From: an uncultured Candidatus Saccharibacteria bacterium
GTDB lineage: Bacteria; Patescibacteriota; Minisyncoccia; Minisyncoccales; PEYH01
Assembly (NCBI GenBank): GCA_964388775.1
Contig: CAYMBW010000001.1
Coordinates: 71,317 to 135,316, forward strand
DNA: 64,000 nt
Direction: 5' to 3'
In this document: positions 44,700 to 54,050 of the stretch, piece by piece
Position numbering within the stretch: the stretch's first letter is position 1
Layout of the letters: every line of letters starts with the position of its first letter
Position numbers and translations under genes: made by a program
The notes under the pieces: model-generated
What the model was told of the DNA's origin: nothing
Databases searched by the model: none
What the model saw: the letters and a program-made list of their open reading frames with translations, nothing else

Positions 44700-45383
44700 A
44701 TGAGAAAAACGCAATTGGTTTCGGGAGAATATTATCATATCTATAATCACGGAGTTGATGATCGTAAAGTTTTTGAAAATAATACTGATTTTATGAGAGC
44801 AGCAGTCAATCTAACGGTTTTTAATGATGCGAAGTCTTCTCCCGGAATACTTTCTCGTTTTGTTAAAGACCCCTCAAAACTTATTGATTCCTATATGCCC
44901 GATAATCGAGAACGGTTGATCGATATTATTGCTTTCACATTAAACTCTAATCATTATCATCTTTTTGTAAGGCAAAAAGCTGAAAAAGGAATTTCTCGTT
45001 TTATGCATTCTTTTGACAAAGGTTATGCCCGCTATTTTAATCTTAAAAACGATCGAAGGGGCGCGCTTTGGGAAGGCAGTTTTGGAATTAAACTAATTGA
45101 TAATGAGTCCTATTTTTTTCACATCATGGACTATGTCCATCTGAATGTTCTTGATAATTTCCAACCCAAGTGGCGTGATGGCAGGATAGAGAATTGGGAA
45201 AGGGCTGCTGTAGACATGAAGAATTATATTTGGTCAAGCTATCCTTATTATCGCACCGGGACAAGTCAAATTCCTTTTATGAATTTGATAATCACAAGAC
45301 CTGATTGGTTAAAGGAATATTGTCCAAAGCCAGAGGATTTTGAGAAAAGCGTTCATCTTTGGTCAATGCGAAACACTTTATGA
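44700..45383 (+). CDS. REP-associated tyrosine transposase (RAYT, IS200/IS605-like Y1 HUH transposase)
   Basis: YYHIYNHGVDDRKVF (motif I), HuH motif NHYHLFV, catalytic Tyr region NYIWSSYPYY; flanked by inverted REP palindromes. Confidence 0.7.
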   Translation: MRKTQLVSGEYYHIYNHGVDDRKVFENNTDFMRAAVNLTVFNDAKSSPGILSRFVKDPSKLIDSYMPDNRERLIDIIAFTLNSNHYHLFVRQKAEKGISRFMHSFDKGYARYFNLKNDRRGALWEGSFGIKLIDNESYFFHIMDYVHLNVLDNFQPKWRDGRIENWERAAVDMKNYIWSSYPYYRTGTSQIPFMNLIITRPDWLKEYCPKPEDFEKSVHLWSMRNTL

Positions 45384-45412
45384 ATATTATGATAGCTATC
45401 GTTATCCGCGTA

Positions 45413-45431
45413 TCGTTACTCGGTAACGAAA
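45413..45431 (-). repeat. REP-like palindrome (inverted copy)
   Basis: TCGTTACTCGGTAACGAAAG, reverse complement of the upstream copies (the central CGA/TCG gives the orientation). Confidence 0.7.
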
Positions 45432-45474
45432 GATAACACTAAGTGGATGATGTCATATGAACCAGCGCATTTTA

Positions 45475-45503
45475 TTGAAAAATTTGGGGATTTTGCGTAG
45501 AAT
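45475..45503 (+). promoter_or_regulatory. leuS promoter (TTGAAA, 17 nt, TAGAAT) giving a leaderless or near-leaderless mRNA
   Basis: -10 hexamer ends 8 nt before the leuS ATG at 45512. Confidence 0.5.
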
Positions 45504-45511
45504 GAAGAGTA

Positions 45512-48085
45512 ATGAACAGTTATGACCCAAAAGCAATAGAGGGCAAATGGCAGGCAAAATGGGAAGAGGGGAAGATGTTTGAAGCCAAGGATTCTTCAAA
45601 AAAACCCAAGTTTTTTGTTTTGGATATGTTCCCCTATCCTTCGGGTGACGGTCTTCATGTCGGTCATCCGCGGGGATATGTGGGGACTGATGTGATTGCC
45701 CACTATATGAGGATGAAAGGATATAATGTCTTGCATCCTATGGGTTGGGATGCTTTTGGTTTGCCGGCAGAGAATTACGCCATTAAAACAGGAATTCTTC
45801 CTGCTATTTCCACAAAGAAAAACATAGCAAGATTTAAAGAGCAGATGAAGTTAATCGGCCTTTCTTATGATTGGTCGCGGGAAATTAATACCACTGACCC
45901 GAATTATTATAAATGGACTCAATGGATTTTTCTTTTACTTTTTGAACGAGGCCTTGCGTACCAAGAAACATTGCCGATTAATTGGTGTCCTTCCTGTAAA
46001 ACGGGCCTTGCCAACGAAGAAGTAGTAGCCGGCAGATGTGAGCGTTGTGGCGCGGAAGTTACGAAAAAGAACATTAAACAGTGGGTTTTGAAAATTACGG
46101 ATTATGCGGAAGAATTACTTGAAGGATTAAATAAATTGGATTGGCCGGAAAAAATAAAAGAGATGCAGAGAAATTGGATAGGGAAATCTGTTGGCGCGGA
46201 TATAATATTTCAAGTTAAAAGTCCAAAGTTAAAAGCCCAAAGTCCGAATCCGGAAATCGGAAATTTTATCAAAGTATTTACAACGAGGCCGGATACGATT
46301 TTCGGAGCGACATTTATGGTCTTAGCGCCCGAACATGAATTGGTAGAAAAAATTACCACTCCGGGACAATCGGCTCGGGTGAAGGAATATCAAGAAAATA
46401 CAAAAAACAAGATGGATATTGAGCGTCAACTTGAGGACAAAGAGAAAACAGGAGTTTTTACCGGCGCTTTCGCTATCAATCCGGCCAATAGCAAAGAAAT
46501 CCCGATTTATATTGCGGATTATGTCTTGCCTTTTTATGGCTACGGCGCAATTATGGCAGTGCCGGGGCACGATGAGAGAGATTTTTCATTCGCCAAAAAA
46601 TATAATCTGCCGATTGTAAAAGTGATAGAGGACCAAGGCCCAAAGTTCGAAGTCCAAAATTTAGAAGAAAGAGGAATAGAGGAGGTTTATGAAGGGGAGG
46701 GGATTTTGATTAACTCCGACAGATTTGACGGGACGGAATCCGAAAAGGCGGGCAAAAAGATTGTAAAATGGATAGAGGGAGCTGAGCCGACCGTGAATTA
46801 TAAATTAAGGGATTGGATATTTTCAAGACAAAGATATTGGGGAGAGCCCATCCCGCTAATTTTTTGCGAGAACTGCAAAAAATTAGCGGAAAATCCAAAG
46901 TCCAAAATTCAAAAACCAAAATTTAGCAAAGGAGAATTATTAAATCCGGGATGGATTGCTTTGCCAAAAGAGAATTTGCCTTTAGTTTTGCCGGAGCTTG
47001 AAAAATATGAGCCGACCGGCACGGGCGAGTCGCCTTTGGCAAGCCGGCCTGAGTGGGTAAAAACAATTTGTCCCAGGTGCGGCGGCCGGGCTTTCCGTGA
47101 GACCAATACAATGCCCCAGTGGGCTGGCTCTTGTTGGTATTTCCTCGCGTATGTAATGCGAGAAAATCCAAAATCCAAAATCCAAAATCCAAAATTGGTT
47201 TGGGACAAAAAGAAGATTAAATATTGGTTGCCTGTTGATTTCTATATTGGCGGGGCAGAACACGCCGTCTTACATCTTTTGTACTCCCGCTTTTGGATAA
47301 AAGTTTTATCTGACGCAAAAATTATAGAATTTGACGAGCCGTTTAAAAAGTTGGTTACCCTCGGCTTGATTTTGGCGTCCAATGGTCAAAAAATGTCCAA
47401 GTCGCGGGGCAATGTAATTAATCCAGACGATATTATTGAGCAATACGGAGCTGATGCGTTCCGTCTTTATGAAATGTTTATGGGTCCCTTCAACCAGCCG
47501 ATTGCTTGGGATACTGAAAATATCATAGGGGTTAGAAGATTTTTAGAGAAAATCTGGAAGTTTTTTGAAAAATCTCAAATTCCAAATTCCAAATCTCAAA
47601 AAAATTCCAATATTCAGAATACAAACATTGAAAGAATGCTGCATCAAACAATAAAGAAAGTTACCGGAGATATTGAAACTCAAAAATTTAATACTGCCAT
47701 TGCTTCTATGATGGAGCTTATTAATAAAATTCAAAATTCGAAAGCTCAAATTCAAATCAATACCTTAGAAACTTTTTTAAAGATTTTAGCGCCGTTTGCC
47801 CCGCATATTGCGGAAGAGCTATGGAGCAGATTGGGACATGAAGAATCTCTATTCAAGGAGAAATGGCCGGAATATAATCCGAAGATGATTGTTGAAGAAG
47901 AAGTCAAATTAGTCATTCAAATTAATGGCAAGGTTCGTGGTACGATTGTTGTTTCGGCGGATTTGCCTGGAAAAGAGGCGGTCAAATTAGCCATTGAGTC
48001 CGATGTTGCCGAAAAATGGCTTGAGAACAAAAAAATCCAAAAAACGATTTTTGTCAAAGGCAAATTAATTAATTTTGTGATTTAG
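45512..48085 (+). CDS. leuS: leucyl-tRNA synthetase with several 7-nt-repeat inserts
   Basis: HVGHPRGY (HIGH), KMSKSRGN; inserts KSPKLKAQSPNP, ENPKSKIQKPKF, ENPKSKIQNPK and KSQIPNSKSQKNSNIQ encoded by heptanucleotide repeats. Confidence 0.9.
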   Translation: MNSYDPKAIEGKWQAKWEEGKMFEAKDSSKKPKFFVLDMFPYPSGDGLHVGHPRGYVGTDVIAHYMRMKGYNVLHPMGWDAFGLPAENYAIKTGILPAISTKKNIARFKEQMKLIGLSYDWSREINTTDPNYYKWTQWIFLLLFERGLAYQETLPINWCPSCKTGLANEEVVAGRCERCGAEVTKKNIKQWVLKITDYAEELLEGLNKLDWPEKIKEMQRNWIGKSVGADIIFQVKSPKLKAQSPNPEIGNFIKVFTTRPDTIFGATFMVLAPEHELVEKITTPGQSARVKEYQENTKNKMDIERQLEDKEKTGVFTGAFAINPANSKEIPIYIADYVLPFYGYGAIMAVPGHDERDFSFAKKYNLPIVKVIEDQGPKFEVQNLEERGIEEVYEGEGILINSDRFDGTESEKAGKKIVKWIEGAEPTVNYKLRDWIFSRQRYWGEPIPLIFCENCKKLAENPKSKIQKPKFSKGELLNPGWIALPKENLPLVLPELEKYEPTGTGESPLASRPEWVKTICPRCGGRAFRETNTMPQWAGSCWYFLAYVMRENPKSKIQNPKLVWDKKKIKYWLPVDFYIGGAEHAVLHLLYSRFWIKVLSDAKIIEFDEPFKKLVTLGLILASNGQKMSKSRGNVINPDDIIEQYGADAFRLYEMFMGPFNQPIAWDTENIIGVRRFLEKIWKFFEKSQIPNSKSQKNSNIQNTNIERMLHQTIKKVTGDIETQKFNTAIASMMELINKIQNSKAQIQINTLETFLKILAPFAPHIAEELWSRLGHEESLFKEKWPEYNPKMIVEEEVKLVIQINGKVRGTIVVSADLPGKEAVKLAIESDVAEKWLENKKIQKTIFVKGKLINFVI
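48035..48084 (+). repeat. 50-bp direct repeat copy 1 (native 3' end of leuS)
   Basis: ATCCAAAAAACGATTTTTGTCAAAGGCAAATTAATTAATTTTGTGATTT identical to 48814-48863; both copies end in a stop codon (TAG vs TGA). Confidence 0.8.
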
Positions 48086-48196
48086 TCAACGGAACATTGA
48101 GGTTAATTTTATTTTTCTAATGTTTGTCCTCTGGTGTCCAGAATCTCCGGTTTTGTTTTCTTGAAAGTAGATTTTTATTGTGGTACATTAAAGGAT

Positions 48197-48412
48197 ATGA
48201 ACCATATCATCGCTAATCCAAAAGTTTTTGGAGGCAAACCCATTGTTAAGGGAACCAGGATTTCTGTTGAATTTATTATGGAATTGACCGCTTCTGGTAT
48301 GACGATTGATGAAATCGTGAAAGAATACCCGATTCTTAAGAGAGGTGATATCCTGGCAGCCATTAAATACGCCACTCAGGTCTTCAAAAAGCAAGAGCTT
48401 GTTTTTGCTTAA
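48197..48412 (+). CDS. DUF433-family small protein (putative antitoxin)
   Basis: MNHIIANPKVFGGKPIVKGTRISVEFIMELTASGMTIDEIVKEYPILKRGDILAAIKYA matches the DUF433 consensus; SD AAAGGA. Confidence 0.6.
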   Translation: MNHIIANPKVFGGKPIVKGTRISVEFIMELTASGMTIDEIVKEYPILKRGDILAAIKYATQVFKKQELVFA

Positions 48413-48420
48413 TTTTTCCT

Positions 48421-48777
48421 ATGAAATTTTTAGCTGATGCTAATATTGCTCCGAGGACAATTAAAGCTCTTAGACAAGCGGACTTTAATGTTAAGAGCAT
48501 AATCGAGGAAGGCCAAGGAGAGATATCCGACGAAAAAGTAATTAAGTTGGCCACCAAAGAGAGTCGTATCATTTTGACGCACGATAAAGATTTCGGAAAT
48601 ATTTTAATTTACCCCGTCTTAAAACACAAAGGGGTTATTTTAATTCGGCTTAGAAATCAAAGACCCCAGAATGTTATTAGACGTCTTGTTCCTTTTTTGG
48701 AGGCAATCTCTCTAAAGAAAATAAAAAATAATCTTATAATTTTAACCGAGAAAGGAATTAGAGCATATAAAGAATAA
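48421..48777 (+). CDS. DUF5615-family PIN-like protein (putative toxin partner of DUF433)
   Basis: MKFLADANIAPRTIKALRQADFNV...ILTHDKDFG; 8-nt spacing after the DUF433 gene. Confidence 0.55.
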   Translation: MKFLADANIAPRTIKALRQADFNVKSIIEEGQGEISDEKVIKLATKESRIILTHDKDFGNILIYPVLKHKGVILIRLRNQRPQNVIRRLVPFLEAISLKKIKNNLIILTEKGIRAYKE

Positions 48778-48813
48778 AAAAAGTTAATATTTATGAATTT
48801 ATTGAATAAAAAG

Positions 48814-48863
48814 ATCCAAAAAACGATTTTTGTCAAAGGCAAATTAATTAATTTTGTGATTTG
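48814..48863 (+). repeat. 50-bp direct repeat copy 2
   Basis: Identical to 48035-48084 except for the terminal stop-codon bases. Confidence 0.8.
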
Positions 48864-48886
48864 ATTGATTTTTATTTTGTTCCTTT

Positions 48887-48920
48887 ATTTTTAACTTTTC
48901 ACTTTTAATTTTTAACTTGG
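48887..48920 (+). repeat. T-rich element ATTTTTAACTTTTCAYTTTTAAYTTTTAAYTTG (second copy at 58728-58760)
   Basis: About 33-nt near-identical direct repeat in two distant intergenic regions. Confidence 0.5.
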
Positions 48921-48949
48921 ACAAGCCCGCTTTGAGGGGGCGAAGGAAT

Positions 48950-50779
48950 ATGTGCGGTATAATTGGATACATTGGTAAAAAAGATGCCCTTCCTATAATC
49001 ATGGAAGGGCTAAAGCGACTTGAGTATAGGGGATACGACTCGGCCGGAGTCGTTATTTTAGACAAAAACAATAGTGCTCAAGTTGTGAAAGCAAAAGGCA
49101 AAATCAAAGATTTGGAGGAAAAATTAAGGGGAAAAGAGATAAAAGGAAATTTCGGAATTGGACATTCAAGATGGGCAAGTCACGGGCAACCATCAGAGAT
49201 AAATGCACATCCGCATTGGGATTGCAAAAAAGAAATTTTTGTTGTCCACAATGGAATCATTGAAAATTATTCAATATTGAAGGAAGTATTAGAAAAAGAG
49301 GGGCACAAATTTATTAGCGAAACAGACACAGAAATTTTGGCTCATTTGATTGAAAAATATTTTAAGGGAAACTTGGAAGAGGCGACGCGATTAGCCCTGA
49401 AAGAAGTTGTTGGCGCTTATGCAATTGCTGTTGTTTCTCCCAAAGACCCTAATAAAATTGTTTTTGCCCGCCAGTCGAGCCCCTTGCTTGTTGGCTTGGG
49501 CGATGAAGAAAATTTTGTTGCCTCTGACGCCCCGGCAATTTTGGGGCACACAAGACAAGTTATTTATTTAGAGGATGGAGAAATGGGGGTAATTACTCCA
49601 AATGATTTTCAGATTTTTAACTTAAATAGGGAAATAATAAACAAAGAAACTAATCATTTGGAATGGAATATTCAACAGGCAGAAAAGGGTGGCTATGAGT
49701 ATTTTATGCTTAAGGAAATTATGCAAGAGCCGGAAGCGATTAGGAATGCGATTAGAGGAAGAATAATTTTAAATGAAGGGACCGCTAAATTAGGCGGGAT
49801 AGAATCTATAGCTGATAAATTGAAAGGAATAGATAGATTAATAATCGTTGGCATGGGAAGCGCTCTCTTGGCGGGTAGAGTCGGGGAATATATGATTGAA
49901 GAATATGCCGGTATTTCAGTAGAGATTGAGGACGCTTCGGAATTTCGGTATAAGAAACAAGTGTTTCGTAAAAATGATGCAATTTTGGCAATTTCTCAAT
50001 CAGGGGAAACAGCTGACACGCTTTTTGCCGTTAAAGAAGCAAAAAGAAAAGGAATTTTATGCTTGTCTATTGTTAATGTGGTCGGCTCAAGCATTACCAG
50101 AGAGGTAGACGCCGGGATTTATAATCATGCTGGTCCGGAGATAGGAGTGGCTGCCACTAAATCCTTTGTTGCCCAATTATCTATCTTAGCGCTTTTAACT
50201 GTATTTTTAGGAAGACAAAGGGAGATGTCTTTGGTTATGGGGAAAAGAATCTTAGAAGAACTTGCCAAAATGCCGGATTTAATAATGGACGTTCTCGTGC
50301 AGAAAGATAAAATTAAAGAGCTCGCTCAAAAATATTATCAATACAAAAATTTTCTTTATCTTGGACGGAAGTATAATTCTCCGATTGCCTTTGAAGGAGC
50401 ATTAAAATTAAAAGAAATTTCTTATATCCATGCCGAAGGTCTTGTTGCAGGAGAAATGAAGCATGGTTCTATAGCAATGATAGACAAGGACTTCCCTTGC
50501 TTTGTTGTCGCCCTCAAAGACAGTGTTTATGAGAAAATGATTTCAACTATCCAAGAAATTAAAGCTAGGAACGGAAAGGTTATTGCATTGACCACGGAAG
50601 GCAATCAAGAGATTTTGAATCTAGTGGATGATTGTATTTTCATTCCAAAAATTTTAGAAATACTTACGCCTATTTTGTCAGTTATTCCTTTCCAGCTTTT
50701 CGCTTATTATGTGTCGGTTTTGCGTGGTTATGACCCGGATAAGCCGAGAAATCTGGCAAAAAGCGTTACCGTCGAATAA
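48950..50779 (+). CDS. glmS: glutamine--fructose-6-phosphate aminotransferase
   Basis: MCGIIGYIGKK N-terminal nucleophile, two SIS domains; ATG at 48950 with a GAAGGA SD. Confidence 0.9.
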   Translation: MCGIIGYIGKKDALPIIMEGLKRLEYRGYDSAGVVILDKNNSAQVVKAKGKIKDLEEKLRGKEIKGNFGIGHSRWASHGQPSEINAHPHWDCKKEIFVVHNGIIENYSILKEVLEKEGHKFISETDTEILAHLIEKYFKGNLEEATRLALKEVVGAYAIAVVSPKDPNKIVFARQSSPLLVGLGDEENFVASDAPAILGHTRQVIYLEDGEMGVITPNDFQIFNLNREIINKETNHLEWNIQQAEKGGYEYFMLKEIMQEPEAIRNAIRGRIILNEGTAKLGGIESIADKLKGIDRLIIVGMGSALLAGRVGEYMIEEYAGISVEIEDASEFRYKKQVFRKNDAILAISQSGETADTLFAVKEAKRKGILCLSIVNVVGSSITREVDAGIYNHAGPEIGVAATKSFVAQLSILALLTVFLGRQREMSLVMGKRILEELAKMPDLIMDVLVQKDKIKELAQKYYQYKNFLYLGRKYNSPIAFEGALKLKEISYIHAEGLVAGEMKHGSIAMIDKDFPCFVVALKDSVYEKMISTIQEIKARNGKVIALTTEGNQEILNLVDDCIFIPKILEILTPILSVIPFQLFAYYVSVLRGYDPDKPRNLAKSVTVE

Positions 50780-50823
50780 TTCCGGTTTATCTTCTTCTTC
50801 TTATATGATAAAATATCTTTACT

Positions 50824-52500
50824 ATGGATATTGCAAAATTACTCTATAAACCAGCTGGCGAGAGAGCGATTCTCTTGGGGAATTTTGCGGTGATAAGGGG
50901 AGCTCTGGAATCAGGGGTTCAGTTTGTCTCAACATATCCGGGCACGCCGGCCTCGGAAATCGGCGATGGATTTTCCTTGCTCGAAAAAGCAGGCAAGAGT
51001 AGTTTTTATTTTGAATATTCCACCAATGAAAAAGTTGCCTTAGAAGCCGGCATCGGAGCCAGTTTTTCTAATTTAAGAACCTTGGTGGCAATGAAAAGCT
51101 TTGGCTTGAATGTGGCGAGCGATGCCTTATTGCCTTTTGTCTATACCGGCTCCAAGGGCCCTACGGTTATAGTGGTGGCAGATGACCCCTCTTGCCACAG
51201 CTCTGGGCAAGAAGAAGAGAATGCCAGAGGATTTGCCTATTTGGCGCACATACCCATTCTTGAGCCGTCAGACCCGCAGGAATGCAAGGATTTTACAAAG
51301 ATTGCTTTTGAACTCTCTGAAAAATTTAAAATTCCGGTTATTTTGCGTTTAACCACAAGAGTTGCCCACCAAAGCAGTATTGTGAAATTGGGCAAAATAG
51401 AAAAAGCAAATAGGAAGGTCGGATTTCAAAAGGATTACCAAAGATTCGTTACTATGCCCCCTAGGGTTTTGGAAATGCATCAGGAGCTTTTGGAAAAATT
51501 GCGAAAGATTAGAGAGTTTTCAAAAAATTCTCCCATAAATTGTCTGTTGAAATCTGATTTCAACAGACGAGGAGTGGGAATAATCACTTCAGGCGTAAGC
51601 TATTTATATACACAAGAAGCTCTCCAATCCCTTAACTTGAAAATTCCTGTTTTGAAATTGGGATTCTTTTATCCCTTGCCGGAGAAAAAAATAGAGAAGT
51701 TTATAAAGCCACTGAAAAAAGTTTTAATAGTGGAAGAATTGGAATCGTATCTGGAAAAAGAAATAAAGATTTTAGCAAAAGACATTAATCCAAAATTGGA
51801 GGTATTTGGCAAAAATTTACTTCCCGAAGTAAGAGAATTAAGGCCGGAGCAGGTTATGGAAGCAATCGCCAGAGTGGCCGGAAAGAAATATCGCGTGCCT
51901 AAAGTTAAACTGCCTGTCGGTATCAAAAGGTTTCCTAACCTTTGCCCCGGCTGCCCTTATTGGTCTATTTTTAACGGCGTTAAACAGGCCCTGAAAGAAG
52001 CGGGCGTAAAAAAAGAAGATGTGGTTTTCGGCGGAGGAATTGGCTGTTATATGCTGGCTTCTTTTGCTCCGCACAACCTGCAGGACTACTTGCTTTGTAT
52101 GGGCTCATCCATAGGCATAGCTCATGGCATTAAAAAGGCGAATAAAAAACAAAAATTGATTTCTTTTGTCGGCGATTCAAGTTTTTTCCACGCCGGAATT
52201 CCCGCGCTCATCAATATCGTCCACAACCAATCAAATCCCTTGATTATTTTAATGGATAATCAAATTACAGCAATGACCGGCCAACAACCCTATCCTGGCA
52301 TTGCCGAGTCAGGCAGAAAAGAAAAAGGGCAGAAAGTTAAATTAGAAGAGATTGTGAAAGCGTGCGGGGTAAAATATTTGAAAGTGATTGAGCCGGCAGA
52401 GGATTATAAGAATTTTGTAGAAACAGTGAAGGACTTTCTTAAAAAGGAAACGGTGGCCGTTATTATCGCTCGCCGTCCTTGTGTCCGAATAAAGCGATGA
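50824..52500 (+). CDS. iorA: indolepyruvate/2-oxoacid:ferredoxin oxidoreductase alpha subunit (TPP-binding)
   Basis: N-terminal pattern AILLGNFAVIRGALESGVQFVSTYPGTPASEI; TPP-binding domain with GDS motif. Confidence 0.8.
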   Translation: MDIAKLLYKPAGERAILLGNFAVIRGALESGVQFVSTYPGTPASEIGDGFSLLEKAGKSSFYFEYSTNEKVALEAGIGASFSNLRTLVAMKSFGLNVASDALLPFVYTGSKGPTVIVVADDPSCHSSGQEEENARGFAYLAHIPILEPSDPQECKDFTKIAFELSEKFKIPVILRLTTRVAHQSSIVKLGKIEKANRKVGFQKDYQRFVTMPPRVLEMHQELLEKLRKIREFSKNSPINCLLKSDFNRRGVGIITSGVSYLYTQEALQSLNLKIPVLKLGFFYPLPEKKIEKFIKPLKKVLIVEELESYLEKEIKILAKDINPKLEVFGKNLLPEVRELRPEQVMEAIARVAGKKYRVPKVKLPVGIKRFPNLCPGCPYWSIFNGVKQALKEAGVKKEDVVFGGGIGCYMLASFAPHNLQDYLLCMGSSIGIAHGIKKANKKQKLISFVGDSSFFHAGIPALINIVHNQSNPLIILMDNQITAMTGQQPYPGIAESGRKEKGQKVKLEEIVKACGVKYLKVIEPAEDYKNFVETVKDFLKKETVAVIIARRPCVRIKR

Positions 52501-53099
52501 AAAAGAAGAATCGACAATTCAATATAGTACTTTTAGGAGTAGGCGGACAGGGCCTGATAACTTTGGGAAACATAATCACCCAGGCCGGATTTTTAGAGGG
52601 TAATGAGGTGAAAATGTCCGAGCTTCATGGTCTTTCCCAAAGAGGCGGTTCGGTCGCAGTGCAGATTCGGCTCGGAAAAGACATTTTTTCACCCCTGATT
52701 CCTCAAGGAGAGGCGGATTTAGTTCTGGCAATGGAAAGAAACGAATCTTTAAAAGGTTGTTATTTTTCTTCCAAGAAGAAAACAATATTTCTAATTAATG
52801 ATTTTGAAATCTATTCCCCGTCTTTCGGAGGCCAAAAACTTCCCGGATTAGGGGAAGTTATTTCTGAAATTAAGCCATTCGCTAAAAAAGTTTACAGCAT
52901 TAAGGCCTCGGATATTGTAAAAGAACACTTGGGATTAGGTATTTTGGCCGGAGTTTTTATGTTATCCGGAGCAACCCACAAAGAACTGATTCCCATAAGT
53001 CCGGCTAATGTTTTAAAAGCGATTAAGGAAAATGTGCCAAGAGAGTTCGGGCTGAATAAGAAGGCCTTTTTTTTGGCTAAAAATAATTTTAACTTGTAA
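52479..53099 (+). CDS. iorB: indolepyruvate ferredoxin oxidoreductase beta subunit / POR-gamma family
   Basis: NIVLLGVGGQGLITLGNIITQAG; overlaps iorA by 22 nt. Confidence 0.7.
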   Translation: MCPNKAMKKKNRQFNIVLLGVGGQGLITLGNIITQAGFLEGNEVKMSELHGLSQRGGSVAVQIRLGKDIFSPLIPQGEADLVLAMERNESLKGCYFSSKKKTIFLINDFEIYSPSFGGQKLPGLGEVISEIKPFAKKVYSIKASDIVKEHLGLGILAGVFMLSGATHKELIPISPANVLKAIKENVPREFGLNKKAFFLAKNNFNL

Positions 53100-53106
53100 T
53101 GTTAAG

Positions 53107-54048
53107 ATGCCTAAAAAAATTGTGGCGATGGGCGGAGGAAATGCAATGCCAAAAACTGTTTTGGCAGGATTGAGGGACTCGGAGGTAGAGCTTTTCGTAA
53201 TTTGCGCTATGCTTGATACTGGAGGATCCAGCGGTAGATTAAGGAAAGATTATAAAATTTTAGCGCCCGGAGACATAAGGAGGGCGTTTCTGGCTTTGGC
53301 TCACACATCGCCCGTAATAGAGAATCTTTTCAATTATCGTTTTGAAGCAGGAGAGCTTAAGGGGCATAATATGGCGAATCTTTTGATTGCGGCCTTAGAA
53401 CTTTCCGCCCAAAACTACGAGGACACGATAGAAGTTTTAAGTGAGATTCTTAATGTAAATCATCATGTCTTGCCGGTTACGTTAGAAAAATCAGAGGTTT
53501 GCGCAGTACTGGAGAATGGCCAAGTCGTTAAGGGAGAAAAAAATATTGATAAGCCGAAACATAAGCCGGAATTTAAGATACATAGCATCTACCTGGATCC
53601 TCCTGCCCGGGCCTACCCTAAGGCCATAGAAGCAATCAAAAACGCGGACTTGATTGTAATCGGACCCGGAGACCTTTATTCAACACTGGCCCAAATTCTT
53701 TTATGCGAAGGGGTAAAGGAGGCAATAATGGAAAGTAAAGGAAGGACTGCTTATATCGTAAATGTAATGACCAAACAAGGGGAGACAAACAATTATGGAG
53801 TCATTGATTTTACGCTGGCAATTGAAAAATTTTTAGGGGACGAATTGGATTATGTGATATATAACAACAATATTCCTTCGGCAGAGCGGGTTAGAAAATT
53901 TAAAGAGATTCATCCTGAATTATTGGAAATTACAAAAATAGACGAAAAACTTTCAGGGGATAAATTTATGGGCGCTGATTTGATAAATGATGATGGGGAG
54001 ATAGTCCATAATCCTTTTAAAATAGCGAAATTATTATTGGATATTTAA
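53107..54048 (+). CDS. YvcK/CofD-family (UPF0052) gluconeogenesis-factor-like protein
   Basis: IVAMGGGNAMPKTVLAGLRD...TGGSSGRLRKDY. Confidence 0.7.
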   Translation: MPKKIVAMGGGNAMPKTVLAGLRDSEVELFVICAMLDTGGSSGRLRKDYKILAPGDIRRAFLALAHTSPVIENLFNYRFEAGELKGHNMANLLIAALELSAQNYEDTIEVLSEILNVNHHVLPVTLEKSEVCAVLENGQVVKGEKNIDKPKHKPEFKIHSIYLDPPARAYPKAIEAIKNADLIVIGPGDLYSTLAQILLCEGVKEAIMESKGRTAYIVNVMTKQGETNNYGVIDFTLAIEKFLGDELDYVIYNNNIPSAERVRKFKEIHPELLEITKIDEKLSGDKFMGADLINDDGEIVHNPFKIAKLLLDI

Positions 54049-54050
54049 AA

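Larger units (their letters stand above)
48085..48863 (+). mobile_element. inserted two-gene TA cassette bounded by a 50-bp duplication of the leuS 3' end
   Basis: DUF433-like and DUF5615 (PIN-like) genes sit between perfect 50-bp direct repeats. Confidence 0.45.

Noticed and set aside
48864-48949. Possible glmS ribozyme upstream of glmS
   Set aside because: Only about 85 nt are available, they are AT/T-rich, and the conserved glmS ribozyme core is absent.
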